A DNA stretch of 64,000 nucleotides from an uncultured Gammaproteobacteria bacterium. GTDB lineage: Bacteria; Patescibacteriota; Patescibacteriia; Magasanikbacterales; GWA2-37-8. This document shows, in pieces, positions 27,927 to 37,780 of the stretch (the stretch's first letter is position 1; the number at the start of each line of letters is the position of its first letter). Position numbers and translations under genes: made by a program. The notes under the pieces were generated by a model that worked only from the letters and a program-made list of their open reading frames with translations, had not been told where the DNA came from and made no database searches. Location: contig CAZWKA010000001.1 of NCBI GenBank assembly GCA_964634875.1, positions 37,600 to 101,599 of the forward strand, given 5' to 3'.

Positions 27927-28097
27927 TAGGCGCCCCTCCACTACCACAACCTATCACACGCTTCCAATCTCTCTGCCCCATGGCGGACAAAGAGATTGGC
28001 GTGTGATTTTTTGTTTATAAAAATACTCCTTCAGTTAAGAAGAAGTACTGTATATCTCGGACCAGTATCGTTGGTCCGCTGACGCTGAAACAAAAAA

Positions 28098-29159
28098 TCA
28101 GAGAGGAACTATAGTCATCCAGTCGTGCGGATCGGAGTCCGGCGCGCGCTGGATGCTATGGTAGCGATCGAGCAGAAGACGTGGCACGGCATGCTCGGCG
28201 CTGGTTGGGATGAAGGCCTGGTCGCTGCCCCGGACGAGCTCGGTAACAGCACAGATGGTGGCCGCAGTGCCTGTGCCAAAGAGCGAGTGAAGGCGACCTT
28301 GACTGTATGCTTCGAAAAGCTCGTCGACGGTGAGGCGGCGTTCTTCCACTTTCCAGCCAGCTTCGCGAAGCAGAACGATCGCGGTTTCGCGCGTCTGACC
28401 CGGAAGAATGGTGCCATCGAGTTCGGGGGTAACAACAGTGTCGCCAATAACAGCGAAGAGGTTCATTGATCCCATCTCACCGCAGAACTGGTGCGTACGG
28501 TCAGTCCAGAGCACCTGCCCGTAGCCGTCTTCTTTGGCAATGGCTGTGGCATCGATCGCAGCGGCGTAGTTGGCACCGGCTTTGACCTCGCCGAGTCCGC
28601 CCTCTGATGCGCGCACATGCTCTGTTTCGACTTTGATCCTAAGACCGTTCTGGCCGTAGAGGCTCATGATCGGTGAGGCGATAACGATAAGCAAGCACTC
28701 GTTGCCCGGGTCGATGCCGAGGTAAGGCTCGGTACCGAGAAGCAGCGGGCGGATATAGAGCGAACAGCCCGGTTCCGGAAGTGCCCAGCTTGACTCGATC
28801 TTGATGTACTCGAGAATCGCCGTGGCCAGATCATGAATTTCCGGGCACGGTAGACGGAGTCTCGCGGCACTTTTTCGAAAGCGCTTGAGGTGTTCGTAGA
28901 ATCGAAATATCCGCACACGGCCATCGCTGCCCGGGAAGGCTTTAAAACCGTCAAAAGCAGTTTGCGCATAGTGAACGCCGCAGGCTGCCGGCGAAATCGA
29001 GATGTGTTGATGGGGCTGCAAATGGCACGGCCCCCAGCCACTCGTGCTCGTCCAGCGCATCACGAGCATGTGGTCGGTGAAAGTACGCCCAAAGGGGAGT
29101 GGTTTGCCGGCCACAGGCTTTTCTTTTGGCTGCAAAACAAGATCGGTAACGAACTGCAT
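28098..29159 (-). CDS. ilvE: Branched-chain amino acid aminotransferase
   Basis: FTDHM, VHYAQTAFDGFKAF, LYIRP, KAGANYAA, ILPGQTR, GTGTAA; AGGAGG SD. Confidence 0.92.
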   Translation of the reverse strand: MQFVTDLVLQPKEKPVAGKPLPFGRTFTDHMLVMRWTSTSGWGPCHLQPHQHISISPAACGVHYAQTAFDGFKAFPGSDGRVRIFRFYEHLKRFRKSAARLRLPCPEIHDLATAILEYIKIESSWALPEPGCSLYIRPLLLGTEPYLGIDPGNECLLIVIASPIMSLYGQNGLRIKVETEHVRASEGGLGEVKAGANYAAAIDATAIAKEDGYGQVLWTDRTHQFCGEMGSMNLFAVIGDTVVTPELDGTILPGQTRETAIVLLREAGWKVEERRLTVDELFEAYSQGRLHSLFGTGTAATICAVTELVRGSDQAFIPTSAEHAVPRLLLDRYHSIQRAPDSDPHDWMTIVPL

Positions 29160-29272
29160 AGCGCCACCTCCTGATGTTCACATAACATAATCGTATAGAC
29201 CCGTCAAACCCAAGTTATTGACGCAACGTCACTCCTGTGACAAGATGTGTAAGTATTTTTAAAGTATTTGGT

Positions 29273-29809
29273 ATGGAAAAATCTCTTAAAGAAGAAACTA
29301 ATAATCGGCTAGAATTTTTGCTCGCCCTTATTTTTTTTAGCGTCATGGTTGCAATAAGTTTTGCCTACACCCAAGCGCCAGTCGGTAGTTTTAGTGCTAT
29401 TAGTGTTTTTGATTTTTTTATTATTGTCCTGGCCGTGTTCCGCTTGACCAGACTTTTTGTGTATGATGGCATCATGCAGTATGTTCGCGACCTATGTCTG
29501 ATTAAAGAGCGGGTTGTCGATGCTGTAACGGGGGAGGAAACAATGCGGTGTGGCAAACCGACCGTCGGTTTTCGGAAAGTTGCCTCGGACTTGTTGGCGT
29601 GCCCGTGGTGTGTAGGCGTCTGGTTGGCGGCGATCGTTATTATTTTTTATACGGCGCTACCTGCGAGTCATTTAATCATTATGATTCTGGCTGTCGCTGG
29701 ACTCGCTTCGTTTGTCCAAATTACGATCAATGCCATTGGGTGGAAAGCAGAGCGGGAGAAACTGGTCGTCAAGGACAAGGAAGAAAGCCAGGAAGCCAAG
29801 AAAGTGTGA
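29273..29809 (+). CDS. DUF1360-like membrane protein
   Basis: LAVFRLTRLFVYD, LLACPWCVGVW. Confidence 0.8.
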   Translation: MEKSLKEETNNRLEFLLALIFFSVMVAISFAYTQAPVGSFSAISVFDFFIIVLAVFRLTRLFVYDGIMQYVRDLCLIKERVVDAVTGEETMRCGKPTVGFRKVASDLLACPWCVGVWLAAIVIIFYTALPASHLIIMILAVAGLASFVQITINAIGWKAEREKLVVKDKEESQEAKKV

Positions 29810-29844
29810 TATACTAAACAACGAGTATAATTGTCATTATTTTT

Positions 29845-30177
29845 ATGCCCGACCCTAAAACACTAAAGGAAGGACTGGAAAAACTAGCTGATCTTACACT
29901 CAATCAGTCAGACGCCCAAAAAGGATTGTTTGCAGGCGAAGTCTACAAAAAACGGTATCGCAATTTTTTTACGTTGCCTCTCTACTGGGCAGTCATTGGT
30001 TTTTTTATCTGGCTCGGCATGCGGTACAAAGGCAGCTTTTCTCCGCCCGCTTGGTATATACTCATGGGTTTGTCGGGATTTTTTTTATTGTTGAGTTTTT
30101 TTGTCTGGCTCTCGTACGGCCATCTTATTATCAAAGGTTTAAAAAAACGGCCACCAGAAACTGGTAGCCGTCCTTAA
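29845..30177 (+). CDS. Hypothetical membrane protein
   Basis: Two TM helices. Confidence 0.6.
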   Translation: MPDPKTLKEGLEKLADLTLNQSDAQKGLFAGEVYKKRYRNFFTLPLYWAVIGFFIWLGMRYKGSFSPPAWYILMGLSGFFLLLSFFVWLSYGHLIIKGLKKRPPETGSRP

Positions 30178-30195
30178 TGGTGTGTTTCGCAGGAT

Positions 30196-30591
30196 TTAGG
30201 GCACGAATTCAAACGTCGCTTCTTCTAAAACAAACTGGTTCCCTTGGGTTCCGCTTGCGGGAAGTTCAGGGGTGCCGGGGTCCGGGATATATTTTTTGCT
30301 GACCAAAACTCCGGTCGCGGCAATTTTTGCATCTCTCAGTTCGGCTGGCCAGCTCGCCAGGTTGTTGATATATATAACCTGCGAATCTGTCCGGAGGATC
30401 GCTCCGGCCTGAGCATCCACTGCTTTGCCTACGATGGTTACCCGTGTACCAACGACATTTTCGAGCGAGGCGGTGTTGTCTGCGGAAAGGATGGGGGGAG
30501 CAGTCGTTTGGTAATGTTCAATGGCATATGCCCCGGCGCCCAAGACTAAAAAGGCCAAGATAAGGAGCCAGATTTTAGTGGTGCGTTGCAT
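30196..30591 (-). CDS. Hypothetical secreted/membrane-anchored protein
   Basis: N-terminal hydrophobic helix. Confidence 0.6.
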   Translation of the reverse strand: MQRTTKIWLLILAFLVLGAGAYAIEHYQTTAPPILSADNTASLENVVGTRVTIVGKAVDAQAGAILRTDSQVIYINNLASWPAELRDAKIAATGVLVSKKYIPDPGTPELPASGTQGNQFVLEEATFEFVP

Positions 30592-30604
30592 ACGCTGATG
30601 GGAT

Positions 30605-30952
30605 TTAAGAATTTTTTTCAGCGATGTCACCGATTACAGGTAGCATGACTTTTTCGCCTTGGTAAGCTTTGATAATCATGTAGATGGTAAGGACGAGCGA
30701 GGCAAGTCCAACAACACCGCGGAGCATGTATAGACCAGGCAAGATGCCGACAACATAGTAAAGCACGTAAACAGCGATAGAGAGCAGAATTGACTGTAGG
30801 CCGTGGAAGCGGGCAAACTTATCTTTGTACACGAGGTAAACGATCAGTCCGCCAACGATGCCAAACAAGTAAGCAAGGGCGGCGGCGAGGTTTGATTTGA
30901 CGCTGGCCTCGGGTGGCTGTGACTGAGGGGCGACTGGAGTAGTGTTCTCCAT
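30605..30952 (-). CDS. DUF4870-like membrane protein
   Basis: AALAYL...FARFHGLQS...KAYQGE..LPVIG. Confidence 0.8.
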   Translation of the reverse strand: MENTTPVAPQSQPPEASVKSNLAAALAYLFGIVGGLIVYLVYKDKFARFHGLQSILLSIAVYVLYYVVGILPGLYMLRGVVGLASLVLTIYMIIKAYQGEKVMLPVIGDIAEKNS

Positions 30953-31068
30953 ACGAAAGTAGGTTTAAGAATAAACTGCGACTATTGTAGCATCGGGGCG
31001 TAAATTTGCCAATAAGGCCAAAGTCGATTGTTTTTTCGGTAAATTTTGGCTCATTCTTTAGGTGTGCG

Positions 31069-31878
31069 TTAGGGAGTATTCATTCGTTCGGACAGCAAAA
31101 TTTTTTTGGCACTAGGTTTGATTGCTGCGGTCCATAGGGCGTGTATTTTTTTTCCAGGATGGAGTCCGTCAGCTGCAAAAAGCGCTCCGTCCATTCCGAC
31201 TGCCCGGGTTTTTTGGGTTATATCAACAAACACTGCTCTTTGTTTTTTGGTTTCAGCGCGCGCAATATCGTTGAAGCGGTCAATTTCTTCGGCAATGGTG
31301 GTTTGGTCTTCGTTTCTGCCAAAGGGTGTCGCGCTCCAATCTGGAATAGAAATAACGACCACGTGGGCAGGAGTATTTCCGGCTAGCTTAATTGCTTCTT
31401 GAAGTACTTTTGTAAAAACGCGCTGGTACGTTTCGCTCGGTCGGCCTTGGAACTGGTCGTTCACGCCGATCATGAGGGTGACCAGGTCAAACGGCTCTTG
31501 GGGTGCGGTATTCTGCAGAGCGTAATCAAGGTCGGCAGTAGTCCAACCAGTTCGGGCAATAATAGTGGGGTCATCGATCGCAATAGCTTGAGTCCGTAAT
31601 TCTTGGGTTAGCTGGGTCGGCCAACGGTCAGCGGCACTAACGCCTTGACCGATCGTATATGAGTCGCCGAGCGCCAGGAATTTTTTGGAAATTATTTTTT
31701 GAGGCACCGGTAGCGTCGGGGTTGCTTGCAAAGAGGTGGTGGTAGGCGCGTGGGGTGCGTCTCGCGCAGTAGGGGTTTTTTCGGAAGGGCTTTGTGGCAG
31801 CGGGGAAGCGGGAGTCCGAGCGCAACCGCCAAGTAGGAAAGCGCTGGCTATAAGTATGAGCGTGGGGCGTAATTTCAT
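31069..31878 (-). CDS. SGNH/GDSL hydrolase, lipoprotein-like
   Basis: LALGDSYT, GVND, DGLHP; LLGGC lipobox. Confidence 0.9.
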   Translation of the reverse strand: MKLRPTLILIASAFLLGGCARTPASPLPQSPSEKTPTARDAPHAPTTTSLQATPTLPVPQKIISKKFLALGDSYTIGQGVSAADRWPTQLTQELRTQAIAIDDPTIIARTGWTTADLDYALQNTAPQEPFDLVTLMIGVNDQFQGRPSETYQRVFTKVLQEAIKLAGNTPAHVVVISIPDWSATPFGRNEDQTTIAEEIDRFNDIARAETKKQRAVFVDITQKTRAVGMDGALFAADGLHPGKKIHALWTAAIKPSAKKILLSERMNTP

Positions 31879-32119
31879 AGTATTGATTAGTACACGAGAA
31901 CGTATACTATCACGAAGTACTCGTGGTTCAAAATTGGCTAAGATACAAGCATTTTCGCCCAACATCCTTGACAAAACCTTGTTTTTATGCTAGGGTGCAT
32001 GATCCCTTAAACCGAGGGAAAGTTCTTTTATAATCACCAACTCCTCGAGCAATCGAGCGGTTGGTTTGGTAAGTATTGTAAGTATTTTCCAGACCAAACC
32101 GTTCGATTCACCAAGGAGT

Positions 32120-32887
32120 ATGCCTATGAGCGCCGCGACCATTACTGCTGACCACGATCCGCCCCCGGCCTCCCTCGCCCAGTCGCCCGCCACTGAGCTG
32201 GACACGCCCACGAGCGTGGAGACTTCCACCGACAAAGCGGCAGATCCGCCGGAGGATGAGCCGTTCTATGTTCGGCTGCAGAAAATTGGTGGGGTGAACC
32301 CCGAAGCCCCGCTCCGCAAGGTCCCGCCGTCCCGGCCGTTCGTTTTCGAGCTCGAAACTCCTGCTGAACCGCCTATCCATAAGGCGGATATACTGGTTCC
32401 GCTCGGGAGCGTGCCCGCATCCAATGAGGCCGACGACCCGGCTCTGTGGCTTCCGCAGACGTCGCGGCTGCAGCTGTTGCTGCAACGCCCGAAGGAGGAG
32501 CTCGCGCGAGTGCTACAGCTCTGGCAGCAGCGCTACCACCCCGCCATCGTGCTGCTCTCGTTTCTGCTGATTGTCTTTGGTTTGGGTCTCATCTGTTCGG
32601 CGAGTGTCGGTATGGTGCTCGCCTTCCAGACCAAGCTCCGGGATCTGCAGGTGTCCTCCGCTACCACGGAAGCCGCTCTGCGCGCCAGGATCAGTCAGCT
32701 CGAGACCCAGAGTACAGCTCCCATCGCGAAGTCGCCGACCCGCGAAGAGCTCGAGATGCTCGAGTACGCCCGCTGTAGCAAGGCACTCGGCGAGGCGCTC
32801 AAGCCGCCGCTGACGATCGCGCGCCAGACGAACCTCTGCCGAAGCGAGTACCAGCAGCGTACGGGTCGCGCGTTTGTTTCGCGCTGA
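32120..32887 (+). CDS. Hypothetical Pro-rich membrane ORFan (GC-rich class)
   Basis: AAGGAG SD (start 32120 or 32126), one TM helix plus coiled coil; promoter 31968-31996; boxA-like 32022-32033. Confidence 0.65.
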   Translation: MPMSAATITADHDPPPASLAQSPATELDTPTSVETSTDKAADPPEDEPFYVRLQKIGGVNPEAPLRKVPPSRPFVFELETPAEPPIHKADILVPLGSVPASNEADDPALWLPQTSRLQLLLQRPKEELARVLQLWQQRYHPAIVLLSFLLIVFGLGLICSASVGMVLAFQTKLRDLQVSSATTEAALRARISQLETQSTAPIAKSPTREELEMLEYARCSKALGEALKPPLTIARQTNLCRSEYQQRTGRAFVSR

Positions 32888-33043
32888 TCACAAACAACTT
32901 CCCGACGCGGAAGTCCTACTCTCCCCGGCGGTGCCACGCACCGCCTCCCAAAACTTTCTATTTTCTCGAAGATATAAATAATGGGAAAAAAATATCCCGA
33001 TCCGCTGTGGCGGACGGGATATTTTAAATTACCTGTAAAATAA

Positions 33044-33856
33044 TTATTTTGTTATTTTCGTCCGGAAGAAATATGCGGCGAGCGGAATGGCAACTACAAT
33101 GATCCCTACGCACCAAACAATGGAAAGCCAGATGTGATTACCAGGTGGCGTGCCGACCATGAGTGCGCGGATCGCTTCGATCACATGTGTTACGGGTTGG
33201 TTCTCGGCAAAAATTTTGAGCGCCCACGGCATACTTTCGGTTGGGACAAAGGCCGAGCTGGCAAACGTTAGAGGGAAGACCGCGACAAAACCCATCCACT
33301 GCACTGCCTCGATACTTTTCGCTAGCAGCCCCATGATCGCTGCGATCCAGGAAATGGCAAAGGTAAATAAGAGTACGATGCCCCAAATAATAAGCCATTC
33401 GGTGAACGAAGCAACCGGCCGGAAACCGATAGCAAAAGCGACTGCAATCATGATAATTGATGAGATCGTATTACGTACCAGGTCAGCTGTAACGTGCCCG
33501 ATGATTACGGCCGAGCTCATGATCGGCAGCGATTTAAACCGATCAATAATGCCGCGTTTCAAGTCGGCGGCGACGCTAAGCGAAGTGGTGAGCGCACCGA
33601 ACGCGGCGGTTTGTACCAAAATGCCGGCCACTAAAAAATTTACATAACTCACACCGCCCGTATTGATTGCACCGCCAAACACATAGCGGAACAAGAGCAT
33701 GAACATGATCGGCGAAATAGCCACCGACAACAATTGGTCCATGTTGCGGATAATATGCCGAAGGCTCCGGCGAATGAGGACGCTCGCATCACTTGCGCCC
33801 CAGCGGATCTTGGATCCAAGGGTTTGAGAAGTTTGAACAGGGGAAAGTGTAGTCAT
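33044..33856 (-). CDS. ABC-2 transporter permease (DrrB-like)
   Basis: FRYVFGGAI, GIIDRFKSLP, FASSAFVP, NQPVT. Confidence 0.9.
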   Translation of the reverse strand: MTTLSPVQTSQTLGSKIRWGASDASVLIRRSLRHIIRNMDQLLSVAISPIMFMLLFRYVFGGAINTGGVSYVNFLVAGILVQTAAFGALTTSLSVAADLKRGIIDRFKSLPIMSSAVIIGHVTADLVRNTISSIIMIAVAFAIGFRPVASFTEWLIIWGIVLLFTFAISWIAAIMGLLAKSIEAVQWMGFVAVFPLTFASSAFVPTESMPWALKIFAENQPVTHVIEAIRALMVGTPPGNHIWLSIVWCVGIIVVAIPLAAYFFRTKITK

Positions 33857-33859
33857 ATA

Positions 33860-34822
33860 TTATTGAGTTTCTTCTTGAGAAGGAGTAACTTCGCGACCTG
33901 TAAGGCGGAGGAACACATCGTCGAGAGTTGGTTTGTGTACCGACATACTGTCAATTTCAATCTTGGCTGTGTACAGTGCGTCGAGGATGCGTTTGACTTC
34001 GCGCACACTGCCGTCGGTCGGCACACTGATGCTGCGTTCCTCGTTGTTGGTCCGGGCAGTAGCGCCATCCACCGCGCGCACGGCTTCGTCAAAATTACTC
34101 TTCGCATCAATGACTAATTCAATTCGCTCCTGGCCAACATTATTTTTGAGCTCATCAGCCGTACCCGAAGCAATCACTTTACCATGGTCAATAACCATAA
34201 TGTGGTCGGCGAGCTTGTCCGCTTCTTCCAGGTATTGGGTCGTCAGTAAAATCGTCGTCCCTTTCTTGGCCAGTTTTTCGATCACTTCCCAGATCGCGAT
34301 ACGGCTGCGCGGGTCAAGTCCGGTGGTTGGTTCATCAAGGAAAATAACCGGCGGTTCAGCAATAAGGCTTGCCGCGAGGTCGATGCGTCGGCGCATACCA
34401 CCGGAATAAGTTTTGACCGCCCGCCCCGAAGCTTCGACTAAATCAAATTGCTCAAGTAATTCTTGGGCCCGTTTTTTGCTGGCAACTTTCCCAAGGTGGT
34501 AGAGTTCGCCCATCATTTCTAAGTTTTCCCGTCCTGTCAGGTATTCGTCAACCGCCGCATACTGCCCGGTAAGACCAATCAGGCTCCGGACTTTTGCGGG
34601 GTTGTTAACCACGTCGTGGCCATTGATATGAACCGTTCCGGCATCTGGTTTAAGGAGGGTGCTTAAAATACGCACAATGGTTGTTTTGCCAGCGCCGTTT
34701 GGCCCGAGAAGTGCCAGGATGGTGCCAGTTTTGACGCTGAGGTCAATGCCTTCCAGGACTTTGAGATCTTTAAAGGATTTAAAAAGTCCGCGGACCTCAA
34801 TCGTATTCGCTGTGTCTGTCAT
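33860..34822 (-). CDS. ABC transporter ATP-binding protein (DrrA-like)
   Basis: GPNGAGKT, YSGGMRRR, FLDEPTTGLDP, PTLDDVFL. Confidence 0.93.
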   Translation of the reverse strand: MTDTANTIEVRGLFKSFKDLKVLEGIDLSVKTGTILALLGPNGAGKTTIVRILSTLLKPDAGTVHINGHDVVNNPAKVRSLIGLTGQYAAVDEYLTGRENLEMMGELYHLGKVASKKRAQELLEQFDLVEASGRAVKTYSGGMRRRIDLAASLIAEPPVIFLDEPTTGLDPRSRIAIWEVIEKLAKKGTTILLTTQYLEEADKLADHIMVIDHGKVIASGTADELKNNVGQERIELVIDAKSNFDEAVRAVDGATARTNNEERSISVPTDGSVREVKRILDALYTAKIEIDSMSVHKPTLDDVFLRLTGREVTPSQEETQ

Positions 34823-35000
34823 AGGTTGGTGAAGAAAAAGTAATTATACATATATAACACGCGAAGCTAAGGAGCGCAACTGCCAGGGTTAATTGAAAAA
34901 AAGGATTACATAGATGGGTTAACCCTTTACAAAACTGCCATTTTGTGCTTAGCTGGTAGGACCAAGCTGATCAGTGTGATTGGCAAAACCTAGGAGGTAC

Positions 35001-36080
35001 ATGATGAAATGGTTGGTGTTGTGGAGTTTGTCTGTAGGCGCTTGCGGTGGGGTTGAGCCTGCTGAGGATCCTGGGATGTACAACTACCGCCTGGAGTTCA
35101 AGTTGCCGCGCGGGGTCGGTTTCCACAAGATCAAGATCGTTCGGGTGGGGGATGGCGCCCAGCCGGTCGAGATGCCGGGCTGTACCGCGGTTGACCCGAT
35201 CCCCGGGTGGGGCACGCTGACCTCTCACACGTGCTCGGTATGGCTGCCGACTGCAGTCCCGGGCGAGTTTAACGTCGCCTTGACGACCGGCATGACGGAA
35301 GATAACCCCTATGTGTCTGAGATGGGGTCGTATTTTACCCAGCGGCACCCGGCGCTCGGTACGCTCGATGTGTACCGCAATGGCGCCTTGTCCAAGCTGG
35401 TGTATGTGAGCAGTGCTCCGACGTCTATGGAAGGCATGAAGCCGCCCACCTACTACCATCCGAATGTCTGGGATACCGGTTCGATGTGTCCGAGCCGTTT
35501 CCCCGCCAAGAACGATCGGGGTATCTGTTCCTTCTGGTCGCCCGAGATGGCGTGTGGCACCATCGAGATCGCGAACATGAAAAATTTTACGCTGGACGTG
35601 GGAGGACTGCCGGTTGTTACGTTGCCCGAAGTGCAGACGGATGTTTACACCAAGCCGGGTGAGAGTCTGCTCGGCGTCTTCGACTTCGGCGCGGCCAAGG
35701 GGCAGTACTGCTCTTCGGTCACCGTGGATGACTTCAATCTTCGCTTCGAATATCCGTACGATACAACCGTGCCCGGGCGTGCTAACCTCGATCTCGAGCT
35801 GCGTATCGGGGAGCGCGACTACTCGGCGCCGCTCACCGCAAACGGCGGCTCGTGCCCTGACACCGGGTGCGTCAAGCACTTCGTAGCGTTCGGTCAGTCG
35901 AACCTTGACCCGTCGCGAGAAAAATTTCCAGTCGCGGTGGTGTGCAAGAATTGCCGCGGGGTCGCGATGGGTATCGAGATCACCACGATCTTCACCGGCA
36001 ACGTGCACTACCGCGTCGGAGTCGAAGAGAGCTATCGTGCCCAGCTCCCCGAGCTGAGGAGCACGGCAGTCATTCGCTAG
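35001..36080 (+). CDS. Putative Cys-rich lipoprotein ORFan (GC-rich class)
   Basis: AGGAGG SD before ATGATG; lipobox-like VGACG. Confidence 0.7.
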   Translation: MMKWLVLWSLSVGACGGVEPAEDPGMYNYRLEFKLPRGVGFHKIKIVRVGDGAQPVEMPGCTAVDPIPGWGTLTSHTCSVWLPTAVPGEFNVALTTGMTEDNPYVSEMGSYFTQRHPALGTLDVYRNGALSKLVYVSSAPTSMEGMKPPTYYHPNVWDTGSMCPSRFPAKNDRGICSFWSPEMACGTIEIANMKNFTLDVGGLPVVTLPEVQTDVYTKPGESLLGVFDFGAAKGQYCSSVTVDDFNLRFEYPYDTTVPGRANLDLELRIGERDYSAPLTANGGSCPDTGCVKHFVAFGQSNLDPSREKFPVAVVCKNCRGVAMGIEITTIFTGNVHYRVGVEESYRAQLPELRSTAVIR

Positions 36081-36196
36081 TCGCCGTCCCAATCCCCCTT
36101 TTTTGATTTTTCATCGAGGGGCGCAAAAAAACAGGCCCCTCTTCCTTTGTCTCTAAAATTTTTAGAAATAAAGGCAGGGCCTGTTTTTTATTTTTG

Positions 36197-36397
36197 TTAG
36201 TAGAGATCTGTCTTTGGTCGGCTGCGGTTTCGGGTGTCGATGGGGTTTACCATCCGTGTATTCATTTTTTGTTTGGCGCGGAGCGCTTCAGCTGCAGACA
36301 GTTTTTTGTCCGGGACAACAGGCTCCTTTTTTGCCGCTTTTTTCTTCGTCCCTTTTTTAGCTTCTAAGATTTCAAGTTGTTTTTTATACCATTTCAT
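36197..36397 (-). CDS. Small basic hypothetical protein
   Basis: Lys-rich 66-aa ORF followed by terminator. Confidence 0.5.
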   Translation of the reverse strand: MKWYKKQLEILEAKKGTKKKAAKKEPVVPDKKLSAAEALRAKQKMNTRMVNPIDTRNRSRPKTDLY

Positions 36398-36443
36398 AAG
36401 GGTAGTTTAATGCGGGTAAGTGTACCAGATTATGTTCGCGCTG

Positions 36444-37646
36444 TCATTCGCTGGCTGTCTCAGAAACGATGCTTTGTAACAATAACTGTCCTTTGGCTGC
36501 CGAAATTACAAGCCCCAGGGTTTGTTTTTCAAAAATATACCCATCCACAATATACGCTTTTTCATGCGGGTCTTGGGTGGCCGCTACTTGCCGTTCAAGT
36601 ATGGCAAAATGGAGTTTCTCACGGACGCCTTCGTCATCAACCTGGAGCCACAGCTGTTTTTCAACCACGTCGTTGATGCTGGATTTTGCGGCGATCCTTT
36701 TTTCCAGGTACTTTACCAATTCTGCTTGGATGGTAGCAAGCGACAAAGTAGAGGTGCGTACCACGGCCGGGGTAGTGAAGGTAGAAAGAAATTTTTGTGG
36801 GTCATCAAAGTCAAAATGGAAATCGGTGACAGCTAAGTGTGATTTTAAACGTAACTGAATCCGTTCGGGGTGCTCGGCCAACCCTGATTCTTGGAAAGCC
36901 TTCAGGAGTACGTAGAGCGAGGTAAAATCAATATCTGCTTCGGTGTACGAATAGGCGATCTTTAATAAGGGCAGCATGGCGGCGTTGTTCAGGCTGTCGA
37001 TTTGTCTGAGGAGCAGGTCTTTCATGAAGACTGCTTGGTTGTGGCTGCGCTGCGGGTCGCCAATCGCAAAACTCTGGCGGTTGCGAAGCCACTGCAGCGA
37101 TTCGGTCGCTGGCATCTTAAAAACACGAAGGATACCCATGGTTTGAGAGAACCCGACTTTAACCACATGGTCAGCTTTGACGCCCAGTATTTTTTCAATT
37201 TGTTTGATGGTATAGGCATGCCCCGCGAGCTCACAGGCGTTTCCTAGGTAGTATTGGTTTGGGGCATAGTTACCGGGCGGGATATAGGTGTACGTGCCGC
37301 GTGGTATCGAAGTTATGTCCACGGTCATTTTTTTAAGATCCAGCGTGAACAAATGAATGGCATCGCAGTGCGGTGAGGTAGTTGAATTTTTGCGTGAATC
37401 AAGGCCGAGCAGCAAGATATTTATTTTTGAGCTGCCAAGGAGTTCGCTGGCCTCGGGGGTCGTTGTAGCGGTTTCGCTGGGGGTGCTTGTTGTTACTTCC
37501 CTTTTTTCAGCGGTTGTTTTGAGGATGGTATCGACATTGGTTTTGGACACCGCCCTCCATTCGCGGTGCCAAAAGGCAGCAAAGACAAGAATCCCCGCAA
37601 GGACGATGCCGGCGGGAATGATGATGTATAGGGTCTTTTTTGACAT
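36444..37646 (-). CDS. LCP (LytR-CpsA-Psr) family protein
   Basis: N-terminal TM; INILLLGLDSR, CDAIHL, SIPRGT, GDPQRSHNQ. Confidence 0.82.
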   Translation of the reverse strand: MSKKTLYIIIPAGIVLAGILVFAAFWHREWRAVSKTNVDTILKTTAEKREVTTSTPSETATTTPEASELLGSSKINILLLGLDSRKNSTTSPHCDAIHLFTLDLKKMTVDITSIPRGTYTYIPPGNYAPNQYYLGNACELAGHAYTIKQIEKILGVKADHVVKVGFSQTMGILRVFKMPATESLQWLRNRQSFAIGDPQRSHNQAVFMKDLLLRQIDSLNNAAMLPLLKIAYSYTEADIDFTSLYVLLKAFQESGLAEHPERIQLRLKSHLAVTDFHFDFDDPQKFLSTFTTPAVVRTSTLSLATIQAELVKYLEKRIAAKSSINDVVEKQLWLQVDDEGVREKLHFAILERQVAATQDPHEKAYIVDGYIFEKQTLGLVISAAKGQLLLQSIVSETASE

Positions 37647-37780
37647 ATCAGAAGTTTAAACACTACAGCTAGCGTCAAGTATGCCTGGTTTATCTTGGTC
37701 TGTAAATAATAGAGGAGTGAATAAAAAAAGCAACACAGCCAGGGGCAGTTTTGGGTAGAGACAGGCGCTAAGCCCTTTGT

